Source: Dimorphilus gyrociliatus (taxonomy: Eukaryota > Animalia > Annelida). Taken from it: a stretch of 64,000 nucleotides of DNA. The notes beneath the pieces are model-generated. The model did not search any database, was not told where the DNA came from, and was given only the letters and a program-made list of their open reading frames with translations. Positions 1-14,600 of the stretch are shown here, piece by piece. Numbering within the stretch: the first letter of the stretch is position 1; the number at the start of each line of letters is the position of its first letter. The translations under genes were made by a program, and so were the position numbers. The DNA is taken from NCBI GenBank assembly GCA_904063045.1, contig CAJFCJ010000003.1, positions 1,302,001-1,366,000 on the forward strand, read 5' to 3'.

Positions 1-405
1 GGTTAATAGGCACAAATTTATGATCTTTTACTCTGTCAGGTATAACAACTTAGTTTTTTTTCTCTCTCTCTTTATTATTTTTGTTTTAGAAAAATCAATA
101 GGCCTAAAGATCCTCTTTTCTTCTTCTGTCTTTTTGTCTCTCATTCTTTCTGTCTTTCTTTCTTTTTTTCTACCCGGGCTAAATGTGATGGATGAAAATA
201 AACACGTTTGACAATACGATATTAGAGGGTAATCTCATAATACAGATAGTGTTATCAATAGCAGAAACGCTCTCTTTTCTTTCTATAGGTCTTTCTTTTT
301 CTGCATCACTTAATCGGATTATTCCTACAGTTTTTCAAATTGTATTTGTAATTTTCTCTATACAGAAAAATAAATTTAGAAAGCCTATTAATCTTTATTT
401 AAAAA

Positions 406-436
<31 letters not shown>

Positions 437-3400
437 AAAAATAATTAATGACGTAATTTTCAGGGTTGAAATAGGAGTAATTCAAGTCAATAAATAAAAT
501 TTTCTTGTTTTTTATATATTTAAAAGGATTATAAATAGACCCGAACTGATAAGTGCCTAAAAATTTTTTTTTATTGCTAACTAATCTCTTTGACAACTTA
601 TCCCTAAATATAAACGTTCTTTTATACGTTTACATAGTAAATAAGCTCAAAAACATACGTCTATAAATTTCACAAATTTACAAGTTGTTAAGCACTAATC
701 AGATCGAACAAAAGAGACGTTTTTATTAGGTTTTTTATATAATAAAAAAAAAGAGACAGATAAATAGATAGACAGACAGAGAGACAAAATGAGAGAGAAA
801 GAGTGATATGAGATAAATACTTTATAGAAAGGAAAAGATGAACAAATGAATAAAAAGGAGAAGGAAAAAAGAATGGAAAGAATAAACGACTGAATGAATA
901 GATACAGTAAATATAAAAAAATTCAATATTTTACTAGTTAAATTGAATGATCACTTCCCGTTCAAACTTCAATATTGTTATCTTGAAACTATAAAATTAT
1001 ACGTAATGTACCTTTCTATATTAATCCTACAACTTAATATAATAAGTGTAAATAAATGTTGTACTTACTATTTTAATCCCTTTCTAAATAAAGAAATAGT
1101 TTTAATCCTCGTTTCTTTTACAGATGCTTCTTCAAAATTTATATAAAAACAAAACTTTTGAAAAAAATGTAAATCAAAAATCCTCAAAAGTTATCAGTAT
1201 TATTAGTATTTTCTTGTAATTTTTTAATTTCCTTTTCCTTCTATCTTTCTCTGTTTTTATTTATCTTAATAAAAACAATTTTTCAACTTTTTTTTCTTTT
1301 TAAAAAAAAAAAGCACAAAAAATATTTTTTATTGATAATTAATGGAGATGACGTCTTCTTCTTTTCTCCCAATTGATTACTAAAGAGGCTATCTTTCTTT
1401 CTTTTTTTGTTATTCCTCTTAAACTTTTCTCGTTTCTTCCTCGTTTACCAAATAAGGAAGAGCTTTATTTGAGATGATAACAAGTATATATATATATATA
1501 TATATGTATACATATACACATATACATTTAAATGTATATATACATAAGAATTTAATTTATTTAGTTAGTTTGGTTAGTTTCTCTTCCTGTTAAATTGATG
1601 CAAAACGCTTTTGCTGACTTATTATTCTTTTAATGCCAAAATACTTAGTAGGTAGAGTTTTTTTTTAGAGAAAAATTGAGAAAATTCTGTCCATTTAACT
1701 TTCTATAATGAAAAGAAAAAAAGTTGTTTACTTCTTCAGGAGTTTATCTTCAGGCTAGTTTCCATTTCCAATTAAAGAGATAAAAGAATTATTCAAATAG
1801 TTTGACAATTAGAGAGAGCTGGAATCAACAGTCTCGTCGCCGAGAGTATAATATTAACGATTCAAAGCATTTTATCACTAACGCCCTCGCACAGGTATGA
1901 TGACTATTATCTTTGAAACTATTATACCGCCACCTATTTTATAAAATCATCTTCTACCGCTTCTACTACGTCGCCATCTAGCGCATAAAGAGATAAAATT
2001 GCTTTCCACTTCCGAATGCTCCGGCCCTATGACATGTTTGTCATTACTATTTCGCTTGTATAAGCAGTAAAGTTATAGCATAGGCTGTGTTTTTAATATA
2101 TCGCAAAAGAAACTGATACACTTAATATAAATATATTAAAATCATAGCAGAAGTAAAGTGAATAAAACAAATGAAGAAAAATAGCAAAATGCAGTCAATA
2201 AATTAAAATGAAAAAATCAATCTCCCATGCATTTCTAGTTGTCCGTCCGATATCAGAATTTTCTTCTTTTTCCAAATTTATCCTCTCTTTTTTTTATCCT
2301 CCCTACCCTTATCCTACTCCTCCATTTTTACTTCTTAAGCAAAAATTTTTACAACCGGAAAGCATTGCTTTGCCATGCGAAACGTTTGTCAGTTTTTATC
2401 TTTATAGCAGGGTAAAAGTTACGGATGAGAGAATAATTATTGCTCAATTATCGGTTTTGAGCCTAAGTATTTCTTTTTTATTCATTGGAATTTTTGCAAC
2501 AAACAGAATTTAATAATAATAATAGTTACATCATTCCATCTTTGTTTGTCACCAAAAGAAAAAGACAAACATATACAAAAATTATGCATTATCTTTTTAA
2601 AGAGTGTATTTTAAAAAACAAATGATTTTTACACTTTTTTATTATGAAATAAAGATATGGTTTCTACTGGGATGGAAAAAGAAATTAATCAAAAAATAGA
2701 GGTTAAAAGGAAGAGGAAATCGAATTCATCTTCTATAGTAAATATTTTAAAAAGTTTTTACTTATGCGGAATATATCTATATACAATATATATATATATA
2801 AAAACTTTCAATAAGAAGATTAGGAAGAAGAGCGGGGCGGAGGAGGTGGAGAAGGTATAATTGAATATAAAAACAAAAGAGGAAAAAGACCGGTAAAGCG
2901 TTCAAAAAAAAAAACTTCAATTGTTGTTAATCATTCATTTTCTTCTTCCGCTTGTTCATTCTTTTCTTGCTGTTGTGTTTTTAAAAGCTAAATTCTGTAG
3001 TCTTATTTTTTTTTCAATAAATATTTTATAACACGACTGCAATTATTTTTAAAAAAAAAAATATGTATATAAACAGTATATAGACTTAGTCTATTAATAA
3101 GTTCTTTCCTTTTTATAATATTATAGTATAGCGCATCTTATTAGACGAACAAAGAAAATTCAATTAATCGTTCGTGTTCATATTAAATTTTCTTTCTTTG
3201 CTTTGTATAATAATTTCAAATGATAGAAACAACAATGATAGGGAAAAAAGCAGATAGATAGATAAATAAATAGACGGATTGTCGGATGGAATAGAGAGAA
3301 AACAATGAGAAATGGAGTTAGAATACAGGCATATATATAGTATATACTGAAGATCCTGTTTTTATATTTTGCTTAAGCAGAGTTTAATAATGTTAAATTA

Positions 3401-3715
3401 TTATTATAAACAGTTTTTATCTCATACCGGCCTGGTCACCTAAATATAAAATAGCTACAGATTTCTATATATAAATATTGGACCATTTAATGGACAAGCT
3501 AAAGAAAAAAGGGCAATTAATGCAAAAATTTTATAGTTATTGAAGGCTTTAATCTAGTCTACCATTTGAAGAGGTCTTAAACCAATTAATAGAAGGTTCA
3601 ATACCTAAGAGACAAAGAGTGCGCTTTTAGCTTCTTTAAAGAATTTATATATTTATGTGTATACAAGCGAGAGGGAACAGAGCTATTATATACAGCATAT
3701 AAATTTATATACTGA

Positions 3716-3751
<36 letters not shown>

Positions 3752-6011
3752 AAATTAATCCATAAGTTGCTGTGTATGTGAGTAGGAAGGAGAGCTTAAT
3801 GAATTAGCTTTATAAGTAATAGTTGTATTGAAACTATAGTAAAGTGAAATTTAATTAATCTAATCCTTCTTCTATCTGAACTATAATATATTATATTGAT
3901 AATAATCTAATAAAGTTTATTCTCGGCTAAGGATTCATTAGAAACCAGGATTTATATTTGAAAGGACTATTCTGCCACCAACATCATGCTTATACTTATT
4001 GATTATCTTCTTCGCGATAATCTATATAATTCTTCATAATAATAATCTTTCGTATTTTATGAACTTTAATACATCCCCTTTATTCTTTCTCTTCTTCTTC
4101 TTCTTACTCTCTCTTTCTTTCTTCTTCCTTTCTTTCTACCCTTCTGCACCAGTATTATCTACCTTTAAACAGCATAAATCGTATAAGAGAAGCCTTTGAA
4201 AGTCCTACTGATTTAACGTTATTAACAGATATATACAGATTGGAGTTAAAAAGAGAAGATTATTTCAAAACCAATTCAAGGCTTTGTTTATGTTCTATTT
4301 TGAAAAGTAGCAAACGTAAAAAGTATCATATAGTTTGTAGTGAGGGAAATCAATTAGCTAGAAAGGATTAATTCCTTGTTTTCAATTCTGGTAGAACGAT
4401 TAACGATTTACCGTTCGTGGTATAATAAATTTTAATAGAAAAAATTCATTCAGCCTTAACGGCTTAGATTTTTACAAGAGATGAAAATCTATTCGCAAAT
4501 AAGAATCACGAAGTAAAAAAAAAAAGGGTGGGAAGAAAGGTCGAATAAAAGTATGGGGTTATAAACTATAGGGCTATAAACTATGAGGATAAAGGAACAG
4601 GATGGAGAGAAAGCCGACGGTATTGTACTACTAAAGAGTTTAAATGACTCTCGTGACGGTCATTTCATTCTTCTGGCGTCGAATTTTAGAGAAATTGATA
4701 TACTATGGTTAAATAGTATCTGTGGAACGGTTATCTCTTGTCTCATTCCTCTTTATTTTTCTTTGCACCATTCTAAATCTTCTTTTATGCCTTGGTGAAA
4801 AGACTTAAATGATTATTTATCAAACTTATTTATTTATACAATAACCCTTTTTCGCACCAATTCACATTTCTTGTAGTCTTAATGAGGAGACACTTTAGAT
4901 AGACGTATTAATATTAAAAAAGAACAGTCTCTTTAATTAAATTCCATATGATTAGCCATTAGTGAATACTTAATAAATTTTCTCTGATTAGCTGTGACTT
5001 TGCCTTGTTTTTTTGATTGTTTTTTAGTGAATTCTTAAAAGAAAAAACACCCCTTTTCTCCTTAACTCGTTTCATTGTGTAAATGATCATAGAAGGAGAA
5101 TGAAATTTGACAATTCATTACCTCTAATAAGCTATTCGATAATTAGGATACAATCTCCTTTTCTTTTTATCTGTTTTAGAAATTTTTCCCAGAAACAAAT
5201 AATCGACGTTGTAAAGCCTCAAGCGTTAGAAAGAAAAAAAAATGGAGGAACAACGCAAGTAGACCCTCGACGACCTTGAATTACGTTTTATTGCGGTTAG
5301 CTCAGCTATCTCGTGCGGTACTTCTTTAAAAAAAAATTACAGGCGTCTAGTAAAAGCGATTAGTTTTTTTTTTTAAATCTTTCCGTTAAATAACACTTCA
5401 GACGTGATGTCTGGAATAGAGGCGTCGCATCCTCATTAACAAGTTTAAAGCTTTTATTACATAGAGTTTATTCGACAAGTGAAAAATATTTTCAATTTTC
5501 ATTCTCCTCATTCTTTTTTTAATTAATAAAAAATCATATTCCTTTTAAATAAACAGAGAATTAAGCGACAAAATAACACGAATGGACTATAATAAGATTA
5601 AAATTGAATTTTGACAATTTAACAAGTTTTTAAAGAATTAATAAGAATATAGTTTATTATTAAATATTAAATATGAATCATTTATCTATCCTTTTAAGTA
5701 TTTATTATGTTTGTAGTTTGAAAAAATTAATGATCTCGGAGATTTATTTACTTTTTCAAGTACTCAAGCAGACTTAACAAACTTAAGATAGAAGAGTAAT
5801 GAATAGGAAAAATGACTCTTTTTTTCTGCTTGATTACTTTTTCAATATTCTTTACAAGAAACTATCTTCTATGACTTCATCTTTATCCTCCTATTCTCCT
5901 CTCCATTATATAATATTATTATATCGATACAGAGACAGTAGATAAGAGAAAAACATGCATATGAGAGAGATAAAAGTGAGAATATCTATTTATTAATAAA
6001 ATATGCCAAAG

Positions 6012-6317
6012 TTAAAGTTTGAAAGAGTTCCATCTTGAATTAAAAGCGCTTGAACATTGGAAAATCAGAATCCATCGCATCAGTAAAAAGGTAAACCAAA
6101 GATATGAAGATATTATCGGACATTTAAGCCATTTGGGACATCTTATTCGAAGAGTGTTTTTTCTGGAAAGTTTGCGGATCAATAGAATGTTCCATTTAGC
6201 CTTCAACATGTTAATCCCCACAAGAAACGCCGGTAAGATATTTTTAGGATCAAGAGCTCCTCTATCAACCTCTGAAATGTGAATATTTGCGTTATCTCCA
6301 ATGCTAACCTCTTGCAA
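6012..6317 (-). mobile_element. Degenerate transposase/integrase relic, Ginger/KRBA2-SCAND3-like C-terminal region
   Basis: EVSIGDNANIHISEVDRGALDPKNILPAFL resembles the GD.V.V.IP.VDRG..D.RNI motif of these integrases, followed by a decayed ...FNSR... Cys-rich tail. The sequence is frameshifted and no termini were found. Confidence 0.45.
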
Positions 6318-7433
6318 TGTTCTACATTTTTTTAATTATTGTCACGGCTTGTAGATTTGATATTAAATCTAAGTTTATTGTCTGTTTCTCTTAAAAGTAT
6401 AATGTGACAAAGTTTCTATTAAGGTTTGGTGGTCATTCAGGTTTATCATCATTATATGCTACACTTTCCAATTATCAAAGATCAAAGACGAATTTCCCAA
6501 TTGTATACCTTTAAAACTTTCGGATGAAGTACTTTCCACGTCAAAATTTATAACATTGACGTAATATATAAATATAGATACTAATATATACTTATATGTA
6601 TATATATATATCGTCTTATAGAATCCATTGACGTTTAATAGTCTATATTATTAAATTTAGCTTGATCTAGGCATGTAGTTTGGCACTTGTAGCAGCTTTA
6701 TACTAATAAAATTTTTTCTGTCCCAGTTTTCTCCTTTTCCATCTGTAAAAAAGAACGTAAAAGAAACAAAATTCAACTGAAGAGAAAAGAAAAGCTTGTT
6801 CTTGTCTGAGACTCGAAATATTTCAAGACGCAAACTTTGATCTTTCGACATTTAGAAAAAATTACCTTAATTAAAAAACAATTAATTCTAAATTTGTTAT
6901 ACACACATTCTATGTAAACAATAGACAATTTGCGTATTAGTGTTCTCTGTATTCTATAATCCTTTAGGTATGAAGTAGCACAGTTATATTCTATTTTTAA
7001 CACAATTACATATCATGTAGACATATATAATGTATATATATATATACTGTCTATATACTATATATATATTATATATAGTCTATACACTTTTCTAATACAT
7101 CAATAAAGTCTATTCTTAAAAACCATAGTTTTTCTTAAAATCTAATTCGTCGTATTAAATATTTATTTATTTTAGAAACCAGTCTAATTTCTTCGTAAAT
7201 TTATTTTGAATTATTAAAAATCATGTTACAAACTTTGATACGAAAAGGTAAGCATTAAAGTCATATATATATATATATATGTTCTTGCGTGTCAATATCA
7301 GTCATGCCTTGATTTTACAGACAGATTTAGTAAAAATCAGCAGAAAAAAAAGAAAAAAAAACGGAAAGATACTACGGAAGCTTATTGTTTAACATTTTCC
7401 TTAGTGAGGCTACACCCTGGAACTTTTTATACT

Positions 7434-7457
7434 CTCTCTCTCTCTCTCTCTCTCTGT
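7434..7457. repeat. (CT)n microsatellite downstream of the first GPCR stop codon
   Basis: CTCTCT run. Confidence 0.85.
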
Positions 7458-7692
7458 CTCTTTAATATTTAAGAACAAATGTTTGTTTTTAATTAAAACA
7501 TTTGAGGATGAACGATAAGGAGAGAGAGAAAGTGAGAGAGAATGATGAGGGAGGAAAGAGTGAGAGAAATGATGTAGAGATAAAAACGTTTTTTTTTCTT
7601 TTTTATTAAAAATTACCAAGTTTCATGTTATTGAAACACATTCAATACGTCTAAAAGCCTTAAACACCGGGAAAATTTAACGCATTTTTCTT

Positions 7693-10462
7693 CTATAGAT
7701 TACTAGTCATTACCTTTCGAAAATTTCTTCTCTTTGGAGTGGAACTACACACCGTTGTTGTCTCTGAAGCCTTAACGCTAGAATAAAGTGTTCTGTTAAT
7801 AGTATGTTCCTCCAGTCCTTGCTTCCTGAAGATTTTCCTCAACTCTCTCCGAAATTGACGCCTGAAGGCGCAATAGATGATAAAATTTACAGATGAGTTT
7901 ATTGTTACTAGGATATTAGCCAGATGTGAAAAAATGTGATAAGACGAACAATCTGTAAGTGAAGTTTCTCCTTGAAGGACGTAAAGAATCTGATTGATTG
8001 CTGCAGGTGTTTGGCAGAGTAAAAATACGGCAATAATAATGATCATAACCAATGTAATATTATTCTCCTCTTGGCTGGATTTAGATGTTGAGAGTGTGGC
8101 TCTGGATCGAATTGCTGTCTTAAGCTGCCGAACGAGCATAGCATTGAAGAAGAGGAGAATAAAAAATGGCAGAAAGAAGAGAACTATAATATAAGCAACA
8201 ACCTGAAAAGTGAACATAAAATAGAAGGAATAACAATAAATTTGAGCATTTCCCTTTAATTGTTAAATTTTCACTCCTAACAGAGAAAACTCAATATCTC
8301 ATTCAAGACAATGAGAGATATAGAGCATATTTTCCTCTTACTTTTCCCCTTCAGTTCGATAGTATTGAATGAAATGATCAATAGGTAATGTCGAAAGGCG
8401 ATGTTGAAGTGAAACATATATACCATATACTGTATGTTATATATAGTATAAAAAAAAGGGAAAAAAGAGGAAAGACTCTTGTGTCAATGTCCATCATAGA
8501 GGTTTTATAAGGGAAAGTTAAGTATATACTGTTTATTTAATTTATGCATAAATTTTTTTCACATATGATGAATGGAATATATGTTTATATTCATAAGTAA
8601 ACCCGTAGTAGTTGAATAGTAGATATTCTATATGAATGGAATTTTCTTTTGCTCTCGAACCGATTCTATTTTCGAATAGATTAGATGAGTACGTTTTTTT
8701 TTAGACATTGAAAATACTTAAATATGTTCTTAACATTGAGAGTTTTTATCTGCTAAGGAATTAATTCAAAGCATGTAGAAATAAAGGAAATAGTGGAATT
8801 ATATACAGGAAAAGATTAAACTTTTCTAATGCAAGAAATGGAGCAGATTATGAAATATAGGCCTAATGCGACATATTTTAGATTTTACATAAAGAAATAA
8901 GATTTAAAAATGAATGTTAAACTCTCTTACCTTATAGGCTAATCTATATCCAGTATAGGAATCCCAGCCAACGTTATCTTCTATTTCTCTAGTACAATTC
9001 GTGGTTATGTCTGTTGAATTCTTTAACAGATACTTATTCTCAAAAAATCTTGGTATATTATAAATGGAAACTGCTGCTAAAAGGAGGAAAAGCTGAAGTT
9101 GAACCCTTTTCTTGCTGCATAGCGAATGAGCATGTAAAGGATGGCAAACCGCTATATATCGGTTTGCGGCTACAATAACTGTCATCCAATTTGTAGCAGT
9201 TTGAACGCAATGGCTAATCGGGAAGAAGAATCTGCCATGATGGGGAAAAGAACAAATATTATATAGGGTTAGCAAAAAGCAGTAAATTAGGCCTAAATAA
9301 ATTGAATTCTTTGTTAAAATGTCAGCTAAAGTCGTAAAAATGCTTTCTTTATTTAATAATCCAGAGGAAAAAACTCCACAACAGAATAATGGGAAAGGAG
9401 AGGAAAAAACAACATTTAAGTACAGAAAATTGAAAGTCAAGTCCGGTTTTTAATCTAATAACGGAATATGCTAGTCGGCTGCATTAAACGGCACGAAAAG
9501 CCGTGATTCTTCATAATCCAAGGACATTTATGAATATTCAATAAGTTTTCTTTCTTTATTCGTTTCGAAAGAGAAATTATTCAAGAAAAAGAAAAAAACA
9601 CATATGGACTTTTCATAACTTTTTCTTTTAATTCAATTTATTTTTGGAAAAGGAAAATTAATAAGAAAATAATAAAAATCGTCTTTATATAGAAATAAGA
9701 TGGTTGAGAGTCTTGATTCAAAGTATATCTATTTATATATACTGTATATATTAGTATGTAGGCTTATATATATTTCGTGTATATATTTATATATCAACCG
9801 TCTTTTTACGCTACGTTTATTGCTAAAGTTGTTGAGTATTTGGGAAATTGAAAATTTTAGCAACTTCTGCAAATCGAAAACATTTTACCCTTCAAAGCTC
9901 GCGTCACATTGAAGGCGTATGCTACTTTATATATAGATTGTATATATGATTAGTTGTTTCTGCTTAATTTTCGTTTGATGTCTATAGTAGTAACACATTT
10001 ATATACATAGTGGATTTTTGATGGATCATTTAAAAAAAGTACCAGCTAAAGAAGCTTTATTCTAGGCCCGTTGCTAATCTCTCTCTATTCAGCGTTTATA
10101 AAAGTGGTATCGGGTTAAAAAAGGAACAAACAAACTCGACGAAATGTAAAAATAACGTAATTTTACCTTGATAAAAAGGAGAAAAGATTTCCAGCATTCT
10201 CGTCCATCCAATAAAAAGACATACCCATTGCTATATGGTTGATGATGACAGTTATAAGGAAGAGATTATCAACAACAGCTAAAGCCTTAAGCAAATAATT
10301 AGCTACTCCTCTCCTTTTATGAGTATTAAGCACAACCCACGAAAGACAGTTGCCAATTAGACCAAACAAACAAATAAGACTATACGCTGGTCCATAAACG
10401 ATAAAGAAGAAGAGTCCACAACCAACCGCCTCCGTACTATTACCCGTATCGTTGCAGTTCAT
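7693..10462 (-). CDS. Rhodopsin-class (class A) neuropeptide GPCR, FMRFamide/sex-peptide-receptor-like; 3 coding exons, about 368 aa
   Basis: Exons 10462-10167, 9231-8931 and 8202-7693 are joined by GT-AG introns with matching phases (2, 0) and total 1107 nt. The protein has seven hydrophobic segments, TM1 GLIGN, TM2 LAVVD, TM3 end ANRYIAVCHPL, TM4 YNIPRFFE, TM6 FLLCQTP and TM7 NSSVNFIIY, plus N-terminal N-glycosylation sequons (NDT, NST). Confidence 0.9.
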
Positions 10463-10624
10463 CTGTAAGGATTTTTCTCCTCAGTTTTCCTATGAATTTT
10501 GCTGGCGATGTCACGTGTGTTGACGCTTTTCTAAGGCTTGGCAATCCGTCAACGTCGTTCGGCCAGCGCCGGCGTCTAAAGTTAAGCGCCTGTGTATGTT
10601 TTACGTAAATAAATAAATATATTA

Positions 10625-10658
<34 letters not shown>

Positions 10659-13600
10659 GGTATATACAAACATTTGAATAGTATATACAGTGTATTGCAC
10701 CTATGAAGAATAGATATGGATAACTTATATACTGTATATATTATACAGTACACGAATAAAATGCCCACTATGTGTACATATATTTACTTATCAGGGGCGT
10801 CCCGTTCAGAGTGATGACCTACTCATGTTTAAAATGTTAAAAGCGTTTGTATTCCGTTTGCTTGGTTGTAGGCCTTCTAAATGACAGTATAGATAAATTA
10901 GTGTAAATAGTCAACTTCCTAGGCGTTTTTTATCGTTAACGGCGTCACTTTTGCAAAGTTGTTACTCTATTTAGTAGTATTTATGCAAATGTTTTGCATT
11001 GTATGATAATTTAATAATGTTTTTATACATGTGTAACGCATACCATATGCATATAAATATGAATTTTAAGCCAACTCAGCAGATTTGTATAAATATATAT
11101 ATACCTATACTGTATATAAACTTTTAAAATCATTTTATGTTGGCTTCTTTGAAAGAGAATACGTTTCTTCGTGGTTTTTAAATCTAGTTTGCACCAGAGG
11201 GCGGTCTTTAAGGAGAAAAAACCTCAACCCTTCCACCTTTGCCCACAGAAATCTACTGCAAAAAATTTCTTTTTAGCCTGAATGTTTATCTAGATTTTTT
11301 CCTTTTATTTCTCGTTTCAATTCATTTCCTGTTTTTATTAAATAAAAAAAAAAAGTAAGATTTTCATTTTTTTCTAAACAGCTCAAGATTAGTCGAGGAC
11401 AAGCTATATAAGTTCTTTTACAGGCCTAGTTAACCTCATCGAATCACCTTTTATTACTAATTAAACGATCAAAGGGTGGGAAATTTTATAGTATCGAATT
11501 CGTCACCCTTTACTCCCTTCATTTGTACATTTATCCCTTATTCCATTGTGAAGAATAGCCTTATGGTCACTACAAAGTAGTCTCTCTCCTATTCTCTTTT
11601 TTTTTTACTTTTCCCCTTATCAAAAGAAGAAACAATTGACAAAAAGTTATTGATGTTTCTTTTTTAATAGACGTTTATTACAGAATAAGATTAGAAAATG
11701 GCCGACGATATTTCTATTTTGAATGCTTTTATAGCAACAAAAAAGATGAACTAGTTCCTTATATGTTTTATTATAAACTATATATAAAATTTTTACAAGA
11801 TATGTCTTTTCGTAAGATGATAAATTAAATAAACATCGTTTGAAGTTGATGACTAGACCCTGGACTAAAATATTTTATCAGTTTTCATAGCGATTTAAGT
11901 ATATATTATAATGAACAGTGACATATTTTAAGTAGTAAATTAATTAAATCTAACATAATAGATGGAGATTGCAAACAATACCCTATACCTTTATGCTTTA
12001 GATTAGTAATATTATACGATTTAGGTATATTTTACAATCATTTCGTCATAATTAATAAGAAAAACATTTCTTTTATAACGAATCTACTTGAATTATGTTT
12101 TCTAATTCTCAAGTTTTTTTTCGTCTGTATACATAGAAAATTCGAATAACAAGATTGAAGCTTGAATGGCGTTAATGTACAATTTATCAATAAAACTGAC
12201 ATTGCTGATGGAAGGATCAATGAAAGAGTCGGTCGAGCATGTAGTTTGCCTGTTCCACCAACGTAGTATTTTCTAGCCCCAAGGAATGATCGTTTCCCTA
12301 TGTTAAGTTGATGTAAAGTTGTCAAAGTAATGGAAAAGTATAAAGCAGACTCGTTTTAAAGAATTGCCCGATTATTTAAGATTCCTATCAAATAATTAAA
12401 AGTTAATTGGAAGTTAGAGTAATTAAGTTTTATCAAATTATCAATAGTTTGTAGAACATTGATACACAATTTTTCCCCTTATCTGAACCAAACAGGATTC
12501 TTCCAGCTGAGATAGCGTTTTTTTTTCCTTTCTTTTTACCGAGCTCAAGTATTTTTATAACCAAACTAAATACAGCCGTCTAATTTACATCTAATGGTGT
12601 CGATCATATTATTAATAGTATTTGAAATATAATAAGGACATATAGAATTATGTATTTTTTACAATAGATAAAAATTCTCTTCTACAAACAAACTAAACAA
12701 ATAAGGGAATGAAATATTTTACAAACTAGGTTAGGTTTGTAATATTTTGTATGAACATGTTGAAATATCTATATCTATAAGGGAATTTAATATAATTATA
12801 TTATTATGTTCTAATAGCCAATCAAGATTGGTAAGAGGTAACACTTATTACATTAAATTTTACATGAATTAATGAGTGCTATTAGAGTGGGAAAATATCT
12901 TCTTTTTTGGAGATAAATAGCTGTCTGCTAGACTTTTAATGCTTGTACATCATGCGAAGAAAAAATTGTTAATATATCTTATAATTTATCAATAAGTAAG
13001 AAATCAAGATTTCTTATTAGTACATTTGTTATACTTTTCTTGTTTTTCCTTTCTCATTCTCTTCCTTTTGTATAGATTCACACATCTATATCGCATCTAT
13101 ATATATATATATGACTGTCAGTATCCGTTCCTGTCTGTTCTCCTATCAGTCACCTTTCTCTCCTCCTATTATTTCCCTCTGAATGCTATCCCTCAATCAA
13201 TTTATTTACATTTCAATATATTTTTTTATTTATCAGTCTCTTTTAATTTTTGTTTCACATTCTTTGAAACTCAAGGAAAAGGAAGAAGAGATAACTCAAT
13301 TAATTAACAATTAAGAGAGGGAAAATAAGATTTGTTCTTTTAAATCATTTCCACGAATAATTCCGTTAAAACTTCACTCCTAGTTTGTATTTCATTATAA
13401 ATTCATTATTATTTCAGTTAGACATGCTAAAATTTAATGACTAATTAATATTAATTTCATATCTCTTTCTCAAGATTGAAAAGTTTGACAAAGTTTTTTG
13501 AATAGAATGATTCGCTTACAATGGGAAGAATGAAAGAAATATCATGAACAGATGTTCCAATATAACCAAATTCTAATAATGCACGAGTCAGACCCCTTCC

Positions 13601-14199
13601 CATTATAGATAATTAAGCTAATAGAAGATTCTGCGGATGTGATGCCTTCAACAAGAAGATATAATCCCATTCCTCACGTGATTTCCAACCATATACATAT
13701 ATATATATCCAATTATAATATCTGCAGTAATTGATACTAAACGTCCCTATAAGGAGATATATCTCTAACCCAAGATATTACAATTCCTATTCCAATTTCT
13801 TTAGGCATTTTGTCCCTTGTATCTTTTTTGTTTCTACTAGTGTTTTTATTCAAGGTCCGAAGTATTTAACTTCCTTCATTTTAAGGACAATAGAAAAGCT
13901 TTTAGACTTGGTCGATAAAATTACTATACTGTTGTAAAAAAACTAAAAAAGAAAACTTTGATTCTTTCTTCCCTTTTGCTCAAGCAATGTAAAAAAATAA
14001 ATGATTTGCAGTATATACTGCATCTATAGAAGATATAAGTACTTTTATATTTCATATAGCTAAATCATTAAAGATTTGACAAAAAAAAAAGAGAAAACGT
14101 AATAGCATAAATGACCCTTCACACAATTTCTCTTTTTCTCTTTAAGGATCTATTAATAAAGCGGAAACAAGAATTTTAAAAAAGAATATTATCACTCAC

Positions 14200-14600
14200 C
14201 TTACAAGCAAACTCTTCCTTGGGTCTGGTATTTAGAAAAGAACAAGTGGAGAGATGAGAATTCCCTTTTCTTCCCTTCTTCAACTCAACTCCTCATGCGC
14301 TGATTTTTCCGATTGAAGCGTCACCTAGACGTAAATCGTTTTAACCGGTCGAATCTCATTGCGATGGGCTCTTGCGTCTCACCAATTGTCTTTTACAAGA
14401 TTTGCAGATCAAGGTTGGATTTGATTTATTATTCACTTCTGGACAGATAAAGATGTCGTGATAGTTGCCTTAGACAAGGATATTTAGACATATGAATAGA
14501 TACAAATGTAATAATAGATCTCTTTTCCATATCTGTCCTATCGTTTTTTCTCTCTCTTCATCTCTATCTTCCTCTTTACTCATTATAACTAAACTAGTGG
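14200..14600 (-). other. Putative 5' UTR exon of the first GPCR (upstream boundary approximate)
   Basis: Strong minus-strand donor AAG|GTGAGT at 14199 at the end of a relatively GC-richer block. A GGCGCCATCT motif lies at 14599-14608. Candidate acceptors occur at 10590 and directly before the ATG at 10462. Confidence 0.4.

Noticed and set aside
20-5000. Hydrophobic or low-complexity ORFs (20-211, 192-497, 2208-2513, 3999-4199, 4583-4798 and similar)
   Set aside because: Translations of T/CT/TA-rich tracts with no family motifs or consistent splice context.
5293-5320. GCGGTTAGCTCAGC resembling a tRNA 5' end
   Set aside because: No T-loop/B box or cloverleaf follows.
10440-10700. Arg-rich ORF overlapping the first GPCR start
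   Set aside because: Begins in a TA microsatellite with a non-ATG start; best read as 5' UTR.
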